Positions 28,606 to 38,690 of a stretch of 64,000 nt of DNA are shown here, piece by piece. Each line of letters starts with the position of its first letter. Position 1 is the first letter of the stretch. A program made the position numbers and the translations under genes. Origin of the DNA: an uncultured Pseudobdellovibrionaceae bacterium (lineage in GTDB: Bacteria; Bdellovibrionota; FAC87; UBA2466); NCBI GenBank assembly GCA_964653655.1, contig CAZZHG010000012.1:1116-65115 (forward strand), written 5' to 3'. The notes under the pieces are model-generated. The model saw only the letters and a program-made list of their open reading frames with translations, was not told the origin of the DNA and did no database searches.

Positions 28606-30510
28606 ATGCGCGCGCAATTGGTGCTGGAAAACGTGGGCGTCCACCTGCCCAACCGGGTTTTATTCGAAAAGATCAACTGGACCCTCTACGAGGGCATGCG
28701 GGTAGCGCTTGCCGGAAGAAACGGCTCGGGCAAGTCCACGCTTCTCAGAATCATGTCGGGGAAACTCGATCCGGTGGACGGCCAGTGCACCATCGTGGGC
28801 AAGCGCAACCTGCGCATCGGGTACCTCGATCAAAGCCTTCTCGATTCCGCGGTTCTGGAAACCAAGCAGCTGAAAGACCAGAGCACCTCGCCCGTGGTGT
28901 TTCTCTCCACGCGGCTCGAAAGCTCCCGGCCCGCCGACGATCACACGGACGACGAGTGGCGGATTCGCAAGATGCTCGCGGGCCTCGGCTTCACCGAGAC
29001 CCAGATGGACGAGCCGATGAACAAGCTGAGCGGAGGCTGGCTGCTTCGCATGTTCATCGCCGGAACGCTGCTCGACACGCCCGACGTTCTTCTTCTCGAC
29101 GAACCGACCAACCATCTGGATCTTTCCTCCATCCAATGGCTCGAGGAGTTTCTGCAGAAGGAATATCAGGGAAGCATCATCCTGGTGACCCACGACGTGG
29201 CTCTTCAGAAGCGCACCACCGATTCGCTTGCGATCGTGCACGGCGGACATTTCTATTTCCGCACGCATCAGCAGGATTACCTGACCTTCCGCGAGTCGCT
29301 GGAAGAGGATAAACGCATTCTGGAAAAGCAGATCGAGGGCCTCACGAAGAAGATCGAGGAAGGCCAGGAGTTCTACGATCGCTTCCGCGCGAACGCCTCG
29401 ATGGCCCCCCGGGCCCAGAGCAAGCTTGCCGACGTAAAGCAGCTCCAGGGCGAGCGCGCCGAGCTCAAAGACCGGCTGCTGCGCATTCAGGGCTTTCATT
29501 ACAATTTGAAGTTCCGCTTCCGCATGGGGGAAGCCGGCGGAAAGTTCCCGCTCGTCGCCAAACACTTAAGCTTCCGTTACAAGGACGGGGATCCGTTCAT
29601 CCTGAAAAACGTGAACCTCGACGTGGCCCGGGGCCAGCGCATCGCCATCATCGGCGACAACGGCGCGGGCAAGACGACTCTGCTCAACGTCCTGGCCGGG
29701 CGCCTGAAACCCACGGAAGGGGAAGTCACTCCCGGTTACGGCGCCCAGATCGGGTATTTCGGCCAGCACCAGCTCGACGAGCTTCAGCTGGAGGCGACCG
29801 TTCTCGACAACTTGCGGGCGAAAGCCACGGCCGCCTCGCACGAGCAGCTGCGATCCTGGCTCGGCGCTTTCGGGTTTCACGGGGATGAGGACACCGGCAA
29901 GAAAGTGAAAGTGCTGAGCGGCGGCGAAAGAGCGCGCCTTGCGCTCCTAAGAATTCTCGTCACGCCCGTGAACACGCTTCTGCTAGACGAACCGACCAAC
30001 CATTTGGACATCGAGACGAAGGAACTTCTGAAAGACGCCATCCGGAACTTCGAAGGAACGGTTCTGATCGTCAGCCATGATCGCGAGTTCATCGGAAGCA
30101 TCGCCGACCGCGTCCTATACATGAGCGTCGATCACAAGATGACCGATCACCTGGGCACGCTCGACTCCTTCTTCCAGAAGTATCCGCAGTTCGTGCGCCA
30201 CCTCGATCCCGGCGCGGTGAAGGAAGCCAAACCCGTCGAGAAAAAGCCGAAGCCGGCCATCACGTTCGAAGAGCGAAAGAAGATGAAGAACCGCATCAAG
30301 TCGCTGGAGCGGTTTCTCGAAGCGAGCGAAGCGAAAGTCGCCGAGCTCACCAAGGAAAAGGAAGCCGCCGAGGCCCAGGCGATGGCCCGCCCGTCCGACG
30401 CCGCTCTCGCGGCGAAGATCGCCGAAGCCGACAAAGCCATTCAGGCCCAAATGATAGAATGGGAAAAATGGGGCCTCGAGATCGAAGACCTCAAGGCCAA
30501 AGTCGACTAA
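28606..30510 (+). CDS. ABC-F family ATP-binding protein (Uup/YheS-like)
   Basis: Two NBDs (GRNGSGKST and GDNGAGKTT), LSGG signatures, LLDEPTNHLD twice, C-terminal coiled coil, no TM segments. Confidence 0.95.
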   Translation: MRAQLVLENVGVHLPNRVLFEKINWTLYEGMRVALAGRNGSGKSTLLRIMSGKLDPVDGQCTIVGKRNLRIGYLDQSLLDSAVLETKQLKDQSTSPVVFLSTRLESSRPADDHTDDEWRIRKMLAGLGFTETQMDEPMNKLSGGWLLRMFIAGTLLDTPDVLLLDEPTNHLDLSSIQWLEEFLQKEYQGSIILVTHDVALQKRTTDSLAIVHGGHFYFRTHQQDYLTFRESLEEDKRILEKQIEGLTKKIEEGQEFYDRFRANASMAPRAQSKLADVKQLQGERAELKDRLLRIQGFHYNLKFRFRMGEAGGKFPLVAKHLSFRYKDGDPFILKNVNLDVARGQRIAIIGDNGAGKTTLLNVLAGRLKPTEGEVTPGYGAQIGYFGQHQLDELQLEATVLDNLRAKATAASHEQLRSWLGAFGFHGDEDTGKKVKVLSGGERARLALLRILVTPVNTLLLDEPTNHLDIETKELLKDAIRNFEGTVLIVSHDREFIGSIADRVLYMSVDHKMTDHLGTLDSFFQKYPQFVRHLDPGAVKEAKPVEKKPKPAITFEERKKMKNRIKSLERFLEASEAKVAELTKEKEAAEAQAMARPSDAALAAKIAEADKAIQAQMIEWEKWGLEIEDLKAKVD

Positions 30511-30519
30511 GATTATCCA

Positions 30520-31497
30520 ATGCGCGTTCTCATCCTAGGCGGGACCACTTTTTTCGGCCGTGAGATCGTGCGCCTCTTTCACGAAGCGGGTCACGAAGTC
30601 ACCGTCTTCACCCGCGGAAATCAAAACCCGGACGACTTGCCGGAAGTGAAACGCGTCACCGGCGATCGCAACCGCGCCGAGGATCTGAAAAAAGCCGCGG
30701 GCCCTTGGGACGTGGTCATCGACAACATCGCGCTCGACGGCCCCGGAGTTCAGGCGGCTCTTTCGGCGTTCAAAGACGTCGGCCGCTATGTGATGACGAG
30801 CACCGTCTCGGTTTACCGTTTCGTCCGCAACGCCTATCCGATTCCGTGGAAGGAGGACGCCGCCGATCTCGACTACCGCCCGAAGGACGAAAATCCATCC
30901 GACATTCACTGGGCCTATGCCCGGGCGAAATTCGAAGCGGAGCGGGCGCTGCGCACGCAAAAGAAATTTCAGTGGACCATCGTGCGGCCCACCGTCGTGT
31001 ACGGTCCCCACGATCCGAAGAACCGCGGCTTCTGGTACCTCGAGCGGATGATCGAGGGGGGCCCGATTCTGATGGCCAACGGGGGCGCGGGAAGCTTCCG
31101 CCTCGTGTACTCCCTCGATGTCGCCCGCTGGATCTTTCAGGCGGCGCTCCTGCCGAAGGCCGCCGGACGCATCTACAACCTAGCCCAGTCGGAGATCGTA
31201 ACCCTCGAACAGTTCCTGAAGGAAAGCGGCCGGGCGCTGGGTTTGACCCCCGATCTCGTGCCCGTCCCCCTTTCGGAATTGGGCGATTTGGGGGGCCCCC
31301 ACGGGAACCTCATCAACATCATCCCGGATGACTCCGCCGCCCGGGAGTTGGGCGTCACCGCCACCCCATTTGCCGACTTCGCCCGCCAAACAGCTCAATG
31401 GTTTCGACAACATTGGAAGGGCGACCGCGCCGAGCTGATGAAGACCCGCCCCCAGGAATTGGCCCTCGCCAAGACCTGGTCCAGGCGAGGCTCTTGA
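30520..31497 (+). CDS. NAD-dependent epimerase/dehydratase family protein
   Basis: ILGGTTFFG, YARAK (YxxxK), RPTVVYGP. Confidence 0.88.
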   Translation: MRVLILGGTTFFGREIVRLFHEAGHEVTVFTRGNQNPDDLPEVKRVTGDRNRAEDLKKAAGPWDVVIDNIALDGPGVQAALSAFKDVGRYVMTSTVSVYRFVRNAYPIPWKEDAADLDYRPKDENPSDIHWAYARAKFEAERALRTQKKFQWTIVRPTVVYGPHDPKNRGFWYLERMIEGGPILMANGGAGSFRLVYSLDVARWIFQAALLPKAAGRIYNLAQSEIVTLEQFLKESGRALGLTPDLVPVPLSELGDLGGPHGNLINIIPDDSAARELGVTATPFADFARQTAQWFRQHWKGDRAELMKTRPQELALAKTWSRRGS

Positions 31498-31553
31498 CAC
31501 TGAACCCCCCGCTCGTGTTCCCTCCGTGCAAACGTCTCGCAAAAGGACTCGGA

Positions 31554-31961
31554 ATGCGCGCACTTGCCCTCGCTTTGACCCTGACCGCCGCCGCTTACGG
31601 CGCCTATGACTCGTGGACCAGCCGCGAGGCCGTGTTGAAGGCGACTCAGGCGTTCTCCCAAAAGCTCGACGTGCTTCAGACCGCGCTTACCCGCGTGAAG
31701 CCGTCCGCCGCGCTTGCCGACCAATGGCGGGCCGTTAAGCAGCAAAGCGACGCCATGGAGGCGCTCGTCTCCACGAACGCGCCGTACGAGGAAGTGGTCG
31801 TGCAGTTCAAGACCCTCGCCATCGCCATCGCGGAAGCGCGCCGTCTGATGTACCTCGAAGGCGTCTGCTACAACCCGGCCGTCGCCGATCGCTACCAGGC
31901 GGTCCGTCTCGCGCACCGGCGGCTCGATCGCAACATGCAAGGTCTTCCGGCCGAAGAATAA
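31554..31961 (+). CDS. Secreted helical hypothetical protein
   Basis: Signal peptide MRALALALTLTAAAYG at ATG 31554. Confidence 0.7.
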   Translation: MRALALALTLTAAAYGAYDSWTSREAVLKATQAFSQKLDVLQTALTRVKPSAALADQWRAVKQQSDAMEALVSTNAPYEEVVVQFKTLAIAIAEARRLMYLEGVCYNPAVADRYQAVRLAHRRLDRNMQGLPAEE

Positions 31962-31964
31962 GAA

Positions 31965-33011
31965 ATGAAAAAATGGATTTGGGCTTTCGCCCTGCTTCTT
32001 GCGTCTACCTCCTACTGTGAACAAAAGGGCACTGGTCTGGATATTTCCGCCGCCGTGGACGGGGTCGGGCAGTTCGGCCCTGAGGGCACGAACCGAATCG
32101 ACGTTCGGGAAGCGGAGTTCCTCTTCTTCGCTCCCATCGATCATCTCTTCGACGGGCAGGTCAGCTTTTCCGCCCACACCGAAACGACGGGCTTGTTCGC
32201 TGAAGTGCACGAGGCGTACCTCGCTTCCACCCGGCTGATTCCCCGCTCGCGCTTTCGCATCGGACAATTCTTTCTGGGATTCGGTCGGCTCAATCAGTTT
32301 CATCGCCACGACTGGCCCTTCACGACGGCGCCGATCGTGCACAACCGTTTCTTCGCGGCGGAAGCGGCGAAGGATACCGGCATCGAGTACAGCTGGCTCA
32401 CGCCTCTGCCTTTCTATTTCGACGTGACGGTCGGCATCACCAACGGCTGGGTGTTCGGCCATGCGCACACGATCGGCACGAAGCCCTACATGCCGACTCA
32501 CTACCTGAGAGCGCTCACTTACTTCGATCTTCCGGGCAAGGGCGGGCTTCAGACGGGATTCAACTACGTCGGACGCAAGAACGACGTGGGCAAGGCGTTC
32601 ACTTATCTGGGCATCGATGCGACCGCGAAGTGGCGGGAAGCCCAGGTGATGAAGTTTCTCGTGCAGAGCGAGCTGTGGCTGCGGCTCGAACGGCCGAAGG
32701 CGGGATCTAACGTCGATACTCTCGGCTTTTATCTCTATCCCGAGTACGCGCTCGGAGACGGTTTCTCGGCGGGGCTGCGCTTCGACTATTTGACGGTGAC
32801 CAACCTTGCGTTCGCCACCGGCGGAAAAGTTTCCAACTTCGAGATCGGGCTCACTCCCCAATTCACCTGGAAGCCGAGTGAGTTCTCGACCGTGCGGCTC
32901 AGCTACACGTACCAGGCCCAGTACCAGGCGACTCGGTACATCGGGTACCAAAGGTACCTCGAGCTGCAGACCATCTTCATTATCGGAGCGCATCCGGCCC
33001 ACGATTTCTAG
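31965..33011 (+). CDS. Outer-membrane beta-barrel, putative metal-uptake porin
   Basis: Signal peptide; EAEF, FGRLNQFHRHDWPF, amphipathic strands, His-containing C-terminus GAHPAHDF. Confidence 0.75.
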   Translation: MKKWIWAFALLLASTSYCEQKGTGLDISAAVDGVGQFGPEGTNRIDVREAEFLFFAPIDHLFDGQVSFSAHTETTGLFAEVHEAYLASTRLIPRSRFRIGQFFLGFGRLNQFHRHDWPFTTAPIVHNRFFAAEAAKDTGIEYSWLTPLPFYFDVTVGITNGWVFGHAHTIGTKPYMPTHYLRALTYFDLPGKGGLQTGFNYVGRKNDVGKAFTYLGIDATAKWREAQVMKFLVQSELWLRLERPKAGSNVDTLGFYLYPEYALGDGFSAGLRFDYLTVTNLAFATGGKVSNFEIGLTPQFTWKPSEFSTVRLSYTYQAQYQATRYIGYQRYLELQTIFIIGAHPAHDF

Positions 33012-33062
33012 ACCGTAACGCACCAGCTAAAGTTTTTGCCGCAGCTTGTCGATACGGCGGGC

Positions 33063-33977
33063 ATGGGTTCCCCCCTTCAAATGCAGTGGCCTCCGCTACC
33101 CGCCGAGGAGTTGCGGCCGGCCGGTCAGATGAGAAGGCTGCTTGCGGGAGTCGTCGACGGCCTGATCCTCTCCGCCGTGGGGGGAGCTTTGTTCGTCGCG
33201 GGGGCGTCGCTTCTATCGATAGCCTACGCGGACTTCTGGGGGATGTTTTACTTCGTATGCATCCTCTACGGGACCGCCTACCACGGGCCGTGGGGACGGG
33301 GCGCGACCATAGGAAAGCGCATCTATTCGTTGAAGCTCGTCGCGATGAACGGGGACTTCCCGCCGACGGGAGAGAGAGTTTTGCGCTCGGCGATTCTTTA
33401 CTCGCCCATTCTGATGGAGGCCCTTCGCACGCGCTCCGGATTTCAAGGAGCCATCATCGGCCTTCTGCTCATCGCCATCGCTGTCTTGAACGGATTGAAG
33501 ATCTGGAAGGATTCCGACGGCCGCGGGATTCACGATCGTTTCGCCTCCACGCTGGTCCACGAAACGAACCGTGAGGAATTTTCCTACAATTCGGCGTACG
33601 GCCCGACGATCGCCGCCTTCGTCGCCGCCTTTCTCGTCGGCAGCGGCGTGCTCGCGAAAGGGCTGCCGCGCGTGATCACTTCCTACGGCGGTCAGCTCAG
33701 CCAGGTGCTCCAGCTGCGAATCCAATTGGCTAAGCGTCTCAATCAGGCCGGCGTCGAAGTGGAACTTCGTATCGATGCCGACCGAACCCAGACTCTCTTC
33801 ATGCGGCTGGACACGCCCTCACCGCTTCGTTCCCTAGGCGCCTTGGCCGCCGAGCGCATCATGCACGAAGCGAAGGAAATCGGATTTCCCGACGGAATCT
33901 CGACGGTCGAGGTGCACCTGCTCCGCCAGGACAAGGAACCTTTGCGGGTCCGCAGGCGCATCGAAGAGATCCCCTAA
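33063..33977 (+). CDS. RDD family membrane protein with C-terminal extension
   Basis: RRLLAGVVD, GATIGKR, RGIHDRFASTLV. Confidence 0.8.
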   Translation: MGSPLQMQWPPLPAEELRPAGQMRRLLAGVVDGLILSAVGGALFVAGASLLSIAYADFWGMFYFVCILYGTAYHGPWGRGATIGKRIYSLKLVAMNGDFPPTGERVLRSAILYSPILMEALRTRSGFQGAIIGLLLIAIAVLNGLKIWKDSDGRGIHDRFASTLVHETNREEFSYNSAYGPTIAAFVAAFLVGSGVLAKGLPRVITSYGGQLSQVLQLRIQLAKRLNQAGVEVELRIDADRTQTLFMRLDTPSPLRSLGALAAERIMHEAKEIGFPDGISTVEVHLLRQDKEPLRVRRRIEEIP

Positions 33978-34084
33978 CCCACTGATCTCCCTAACCTATC
34001 CAGGTCCACATTTCCCTCATAGTCCTAGTCCATAATGAGATGTCTCGGTATTCGTCTTAGCGGAACGTTGGCAAGGGATGGACG

Positions 34085-36139
34085 ATGCCCCACTTCTCCG
34101 GAAAATTCGCGCTCGCGATCTCTTTCTGCCTGGCGTGTTCTCACGCCCTCGCCGACGACATCAAAAAAGCTCTGATGGACACTCTGTTCCCGGTCCCGTG
34201 TCACATGCTGCAGGGGAGAGTTAGCTATGTTTATCCGGTAAACGTAATCATGGGCACGTCGGACCGGCGCCTGCCCGGCTCTCCGGTTCGAGGACTCCGC
34301 TACGACTTGCGCCTGCCGCCCGGATCCCAGGGAATCGAGCGCCAAGTCTATCCGCCGGGCTACAAGACAATTCTTCTGCCTTACAGCGACGCCACGAACG
34401 GTGAGACGGGGCAGATCGACGCCTGGGTAGTCTACGCCGTCGGAAAGGAAATGAAGGTCATCGAAGCCTACTCCCAAGGGCGCGCCTTTTCTCCGGCGAT
34501 AAGGGAGAAAAACGCGGAGGCCCGAAAGGCGTATCGTAAAGCGCGCATGCGCGACAATACGTGGTTTCTTAACGACGGATCCTTGCGCACCGGCAGCGAC
34601 GGCCTTCAAACCCCCTTCCAGGAAGAGGTTCAACAGAAAAACGTCCTCGTCGACGGCGAGTACCACAGCGTCGTGGATTGGCTCCAATACACCTGGGAAA
34701 ACTGCACGCCCATCGACGTTCTCACCACGGCGGAAGCAAACAGCCGATCTCAAGGCCAGGCTGGAACTTTCGGATCCTGCGCGAACGCCGACTACAACTC
34801 CGTCACCAACCCCGGCGGAACAACGAATAATCCCGACTGTCTTGCGAACTACTACATGTCGGAAATGCGCAACCAGATTTCCTGGCAAGAGTACAAGGCG
34901 GTTCGCGGAATGATCCCCATCGTCGGCACCGTCTATAAAGTTCAAGAGTGCTTGGACAGCGCCGATCCGTGGTGCTACGGAGAAGCGGCGGTGGCCGGAG
35001 CGATGGATATCGGAACCATTCTGGTTCCCGTCGCCAAACTCGGGCAAGGGGTCGCGGGGGCGGGACGGATGGCGACGATGGTGCGCGCTTCGGGATCCGT
35101 CATCGGCAAAACGGGACGAGGCATCACCGGGGTGGCCGCCGTCGGTAACACGGCTCTCGCCCTCAAAGATTTGAGCGAAGGAAAAAAGCTCGATGCTGTG
35201 GCCCGCTTCCTCATGGCCTCCGCCGACGTTTACCAGCTCTATGCCTACACGAGCGCGATGGGCAAAATGAGCGCGATAAAGAAACTCTCGAAGGAAGCTC
35301 CCGCCAACAGCCAGTGCTATCCGTATACGAAGTCGGCCGACGCGGGTCTTCCGAGCATATGCCGTCTGGAAGGGCGCAACTCGGGTCTGAACACCGTTGC
35401 GGATGCGGTCGCCCCGGCGGACGTGAAAAAGATCTTCGATGCCGACGGAAATACGACCTTGAAGCTCACCGATCCGTTTTTTGGAGACGGAAACAATATT
35501 TACATTCACGTCGCGGACCCCACCTTGTTCGAGCCGTTCAGTCACTTCCAGCTCATCGTAAAAAACCAGAATACCGGCGTGATGGAAATTCTTACGACGG
35601 CTCCCGGCCTCAAGCTGACGTTCAAGGAAGGCAATCATATATCGGGAGGCTATCTCTTCGCCTTCAAGGACATTCCGGAGGAATCCATCGCGGCTCTCAA
35701 CGCCTATGTGGCCCGGGGACGCAGGGAAGCGAGCTGCGTCGCGGGAGCCTTCAATGCTCTGGACGCCGCGGGAATCTCCCTGAAAGGTCCAACGGGTCGC
35801 GCCGCCCATGTCCTGCCGGGCGCCGCCATGAAAAAGATGATTAAGGACGGATTCAAACTCAGCGACGAAGCCATGCAAAATGTGAGCTTCGAAGTTTACA
35901 GTTTGTCGTCGAAAGACTTGGGAAAGAAACTCCGCTCCGCTCAGCTGGGATCGGCCAATGCCCTGGCCTTTCCGGTCATCGTCGTCACCGGAACCTACGT
36001 TATCTATGTCGGAGGCACCCAAGTCACAAAAGCCCTCTGGGGGGTCTACGTCATGAACGACGAAGGGCCCGAGTGCAACGCGCTCGAGTTGGGCGGTACG
36101 CCCGGCGGAATCGCCCAGCCCGGAGGTGGTTCGCCATGA
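34085..36139 (+). CDS. Large secreted protein, possible polymorphic-toxin architecture
   Basis: Signal peptide ending ALA; central Gly/Ala-rich hydrophobic helices; C-terminal SHFQL...ASCVAG. Confidence 0.7.
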   Translation: MPHFSGKFALAISFCLACSHALADDIKKALMDTLFPVPCHMLQGRVSYVYPVNVIMGTSDRRLPGSPVRGLRYDLRLPPGSQGIERQVYPPGYKTILLPYSDATNGETGQIDAWVVYAVGKEMKVIEAYSQGRAFSPAIREKNAEARKAYRKARMRDNTWFLNDGSLRTGSDGLQTPFQEEVQQKNVLVDGEYHSVVDWLQYTWENCTPIDVLTTAEANSRSQGQAGTFGSCANADYNSVTNPGGTTNNPDCLANYYMSEMRNQISWQEYKAVRGMIPIVGTVYKVQECLDSADPWCYGEAAVAGAMDIGTILVPVAKLGQGVAGAGRMATMVRASGSVIGKTGRGITGVAAVGNTALALKDLSEGKKLDAVARFLMASADVYQLYAYTSAMGKMSAIKKLSKEAPANSQCYPYTKSADAGLPSICRLEGRNSGLNTVADAVAPADVKKIFDADGNTTLKLTDPFFGDGNNIYIHVADPTLFEPFSHFQLIVKNQNTGVMEILTTAPGLKLTFKEGNHISGGYLFAFKDIPEESIAALNAYVARGRREASCVAGAFNALDAAGISLKGPTGRAAHVLPGAAMKKMIKDGFKLSDEAMQNVSFEVYSLSSKDLGKKLRSAQLGSANALAFPVIVVTGTYVIYVGGTQVTKALWGVYVMNDEGPECNALELGGTPGGIAQPGGGSP

Positions 36140-36894
36140 GCCGCCGCTTCCTATACGCGATGCTGCTCGCTTTGTTCGCGGTGAGCGCTTGCCTTGCGCC
36201 TCCGGAGGCGGAGACTCCGCCGCCCATTCTGGGGCCCGTCTGCCAAAAGATGTGGGTCTCGCGGAAGGTGGGCAGTGAGGAATACGTCTCCACTTGCGAT
36301 GGCACGTGCCAGCTCCCCGAGCCGGATCCCCGCTGCGGCGACGGAGTCGTGAACGCGTCGGGCGAAGAGTGCGACGACGGAAATACTGACAACGGCGACG
36401 GCTGCAGCGATGTCTGCTTGAACGAAAGCGAGCATTGCGGAGACGGCTACCAGAACTCGGGTGAGCAATGCGACGACGGGAATAAAGACAACGGCGACGG
36501 CTGCGATTCGACCTGCCACTACGAGCCGACTCCGTCGCCCTCTCCCACGCCCGAACCGGAGGAGGAAGAGGAAGCTTCCGAAGAGCCCTCCGCGACTCCG
36601 ACGGCCACGCCCACGGAGACTCCCACTTCGACTCCGACCACGACTCCAACGGCTACTCCGACCGCGACGCCGACGCCGAGCCTTGCCCCGAGCGACGGCC
36701 CGCAACCGGAAGAGACGGAGACCCCGGCCCCCGCGACACCGACTCCCTCTCCGGTAACGGCTACCGCGACACCGGAACCCTCGCCCGAGCAAACCGGAGC
36801 TCCGGCGGCGAGCCAACCGGCCGCGCCAACGCCGACGCCTTCGCCGGGATCTGCCCAAACTCCGGGTCCGTCCGACTTCCCTTTTTCGACCTGA
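36136..36894 (+). CDS. Lipoprotein with myxobacterial cysteine-rich (DUF4215-like) repeats and Pro/Thr-rich tail
   Basis: Lipobox VSAC; CGDGVVN..EECDDGN..GDGCSDVC and CGDGYQN..EQCDDGN..GDGCDSTC; TPTATP tail; ATGA overlap with the upstream gene. Confidence 0.82.
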   Translation: MSRRFLYAMLLALFAVSACLAPPEAETPPPILGPVCQKMWVSRKVGSEEYVSTCDGTCQLPEPDPRCGDGVVNASGEECDDGNTDNGDGCSDVCLNESEHCGDGYQNSGEQCDDGNKDNGDGCDSTCHYEPTPSPSPTPEPEEEEEASEEPSATPTATPTETPTSTPTTTPTATPTATPTPSLAPSDGPQPEETETPAPATPTPSPVTATATPEPSPEQTGAPAASQPAAPTPTPSPGSAQTPGPSDFPFST

Positions 36895-37266
36895 TTAAAT
36901 GAGTCTGCCGAGATGAAGCCCGCCGAAAGTCGCGAGCACGCCGAGAACCGCGCTTAGCCCGAGGTACGCCGAGGCTTGCAGCAGCTGACCGCCTTCGATG
37001 AGCCGGCTCATCTCGAGCGAGAAGGCGGAAAAAGTAGTGAAGCCGCCGAGCAGCCCCACCATGATTCCCGTCGTGACCTCCGCCGGAAGCCCCGTTCGCT
37101 CGGCGCCGAAAGCGTATGCCACGCCTATCGCAAAAGAGCCCGTCACGTTGATGACTAGAGTCGCGTACGGAAAAGGCGATGCGACGAAATCACTGAAGAA
37201 CACGTTAAGAAAGTAGCGGGCGAAGACACCCACCAAGCCGAATACGCCGATATAGACGAGAGTCAT
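36895..37266 (-). CDS. crcB: Fluoride efflux channel Fluc/CrcB
   Basis: GVFARY, PYATLVINVTGSF, GLLGGFTTFSAF. Confidence 0.95.
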   Translation of the reverse strand: MTLVYIGVFGLVGVFARYFLNVFFSDFVASPFPYATLVINVTGSFAIGVAYAFGAERTGLPAEVTTGIMVGLLGGFTTFSAFSLEMSRLIEGGQLLQASAYLGLSAVLGVLATFGGLHLGRLI

Positions 37267-37289
37267 TTGAAAGGAAGTATACCCCGGCT

Positions 37290-37577
37290 TTACGGCAGCG
37301 AGGTAAAGAGACGGGCGCCGAGACGGAAAATAAAACCGCGCACGCAGCTGGAGTAGAAACCCACCACATCAGTGGAGTCGTCGAGAAGCCGCTTCGCCCC
37401 CACCCGCACCGCTTCCACCCGCCCGCGCACACTCTCGGGAAGATCCCGGACCACTTCATTCACCGAGGGGACATGCAGATCCGGAAGCTGGCCGTAGCCC
37501 GGCGCGATCAGCAGATTCGGAAACGGAAAAAAGAAGAGCGCTCCGAGAAGAAAGGCGGTTCCACAGGCGCGCTTCAT
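37290..37577 (-). CDS. Small hypothetical protein
   Basis: ATGA overlap with the rlmN stop; hydrophobic N-terminus. Confidence 0.5.
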   Translation of the reverse strand: MKRACGTAFLLGALFFFPFPNLLIAPGYGQLPDLHVPSVNEVVRDLPESVRGRVEAVRVGAKRLLDDSTDVVGFYSSCVRGFIFRLGARLFTSLP

Positions 37578-38653
37578 GCGAGCGCCTCCGTCGGAAGGTT
37601 GCCCCTTTGCGCCCTGAGTTTCGCGTACTCGTGTGCCTTGTCCTCTTGGGTACGCAGCTGCCCGCAGGCGCCCGCGATGTCCCGGCCCCGGCTACGCCGG
37701 TAGGTAGCCGTATAACCTTCGTTAAGTAAGATGTTTTGGAACGAGAGCACCCGCGCCTCCGCCGGCCGCTTGAACGAGACGAAAGGATTCTCGTTATAGG
37801 CGAGCAGGTTGATCTTGCTCGGGATGCCCCGGAGCAATTTCACGAGCCGGTGCGCGTCCTCGTCGGAGTCGTTCAAATCCTTGATGAGGATGTATTCGAA
37901 CGTGATGCGGTTCCTGCCCGGGATGCGCACCGTACGGCACGTCTCCATCAGCTCATCCAAAGAATGCTTCTTGTTGATGGGCATCAGCTTCGCGCGCTGC
38001 TCTTCGGTCGTGCCGTGGAGGGAAATCGCGAGCTTCGCGATGTTCGCATCGAGAAAATGCTGAATCTTCGGCGTAAGCCCGACGGTCGACACCGTAATGT
38101 GGCGCTTTCCGATCTGCGCGCCCATGGGATGCGAGAAAATGTGCAAAGCGCGGATGACTTCGTCGTAGTTGTCGAAGGGCTCGCCCATTCCCATCAGCAC
38201 GATGTTGGTGATGGGCGCCGGAAACTCGATCGAGTAGAGCTGATCGACTATCTCCCACGCTTTCAAATCGCGGGTGAACTTCATGTAGCCGGTCGCGCAG
38301 AAGGTGCACGCCATCTTGCAGCCGACCTGCGTGGAAACACAAAGCGTGTTGCGTTCCTCGGACGGAATGAAAACGGACTCCACCGTTTCGCCGTCGGGCA
38401 GGCGCACGAGAAACTTCGCGGTGCCGTCTTCCTTCGAGTGCTCGGCTTTGGCGACGGTTAGTTTTGGAATATCGAACCGCTCGGCCAAAAACTCACGGAA
38501 GGACTTGTGCAGATCGGTCATCTGGTGGAAGTCGGTCTCCCGCCGCAGATGGATCCAGCGAAAGAGCTGACGCCCGCGAAAAGCCGAATGGCCGAGCTCG
38601 ATCATCTTGGCTTCGAGCTCTTCAAGCGTCAGATTTTTCAGGTTTTCCTTCAT
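37574..38653 (-). CDS. rlmN: 23S rRNA/tRNA m2A methyltransferase RlmN (radical SAM)
   Basis: CVSTQVGCKMACTFCATG, MGMGEPFDN, ISLH, SRGRDIAGACGQL. Confidence 0.97.
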   Translation of the reverse strand: MKENLKNLTLEELEAKMIELGHSAFRGRQLFRWIHLRRETDFHQMTDLHKSFREFLAERFDIPKLTVAKAEHSKEDGTAKFLVRLPDGETVESVFIPSEERNTLCVSTQVGCKMACTFCATGYMKFTRDLKAWEIVDQLYSIEFPAPITNIVLMGMGEPFDNYDEVIRALHIFSHPMGAQIGKRHITVSTVGLTPKIQHFLDANIAKLAISLHGTTEEQRAKLMPINKKHSLDELMETCRTVRIPGRNRITFEYILIKDLNDSDEDAHRLVKLLRGIPSKINLLAYNENPFVSFKRPAEARVLSFQNILLNEGYTATYRRSRGRDIAGACGQLRTQEDKAHEYAKLRAQRGNLPTEALA

Positions 38654-38690
38654 CGAACCCGAACCTATACCCCAAATCGCGTTCTGATTG

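Noticed and set aside
28606-30510. ABC-F as an antibiotic-resistance (ARE) gene
   Set aside because: Native codon usage, housekeeping context, Uup/YheS-like C-terminal coil and no leader peptide or attenuator seen; cannot be supported without phylogeny.
37267-37470. Fluoride riboswitch upstream of crcB
   Set aside because: A CTGATG...CTAC fragment exists on the minus strand, but I could not find the 5' GATGG/GATGA element or pseudoknot pairing, and the region lies in a plausible coupled ORF.
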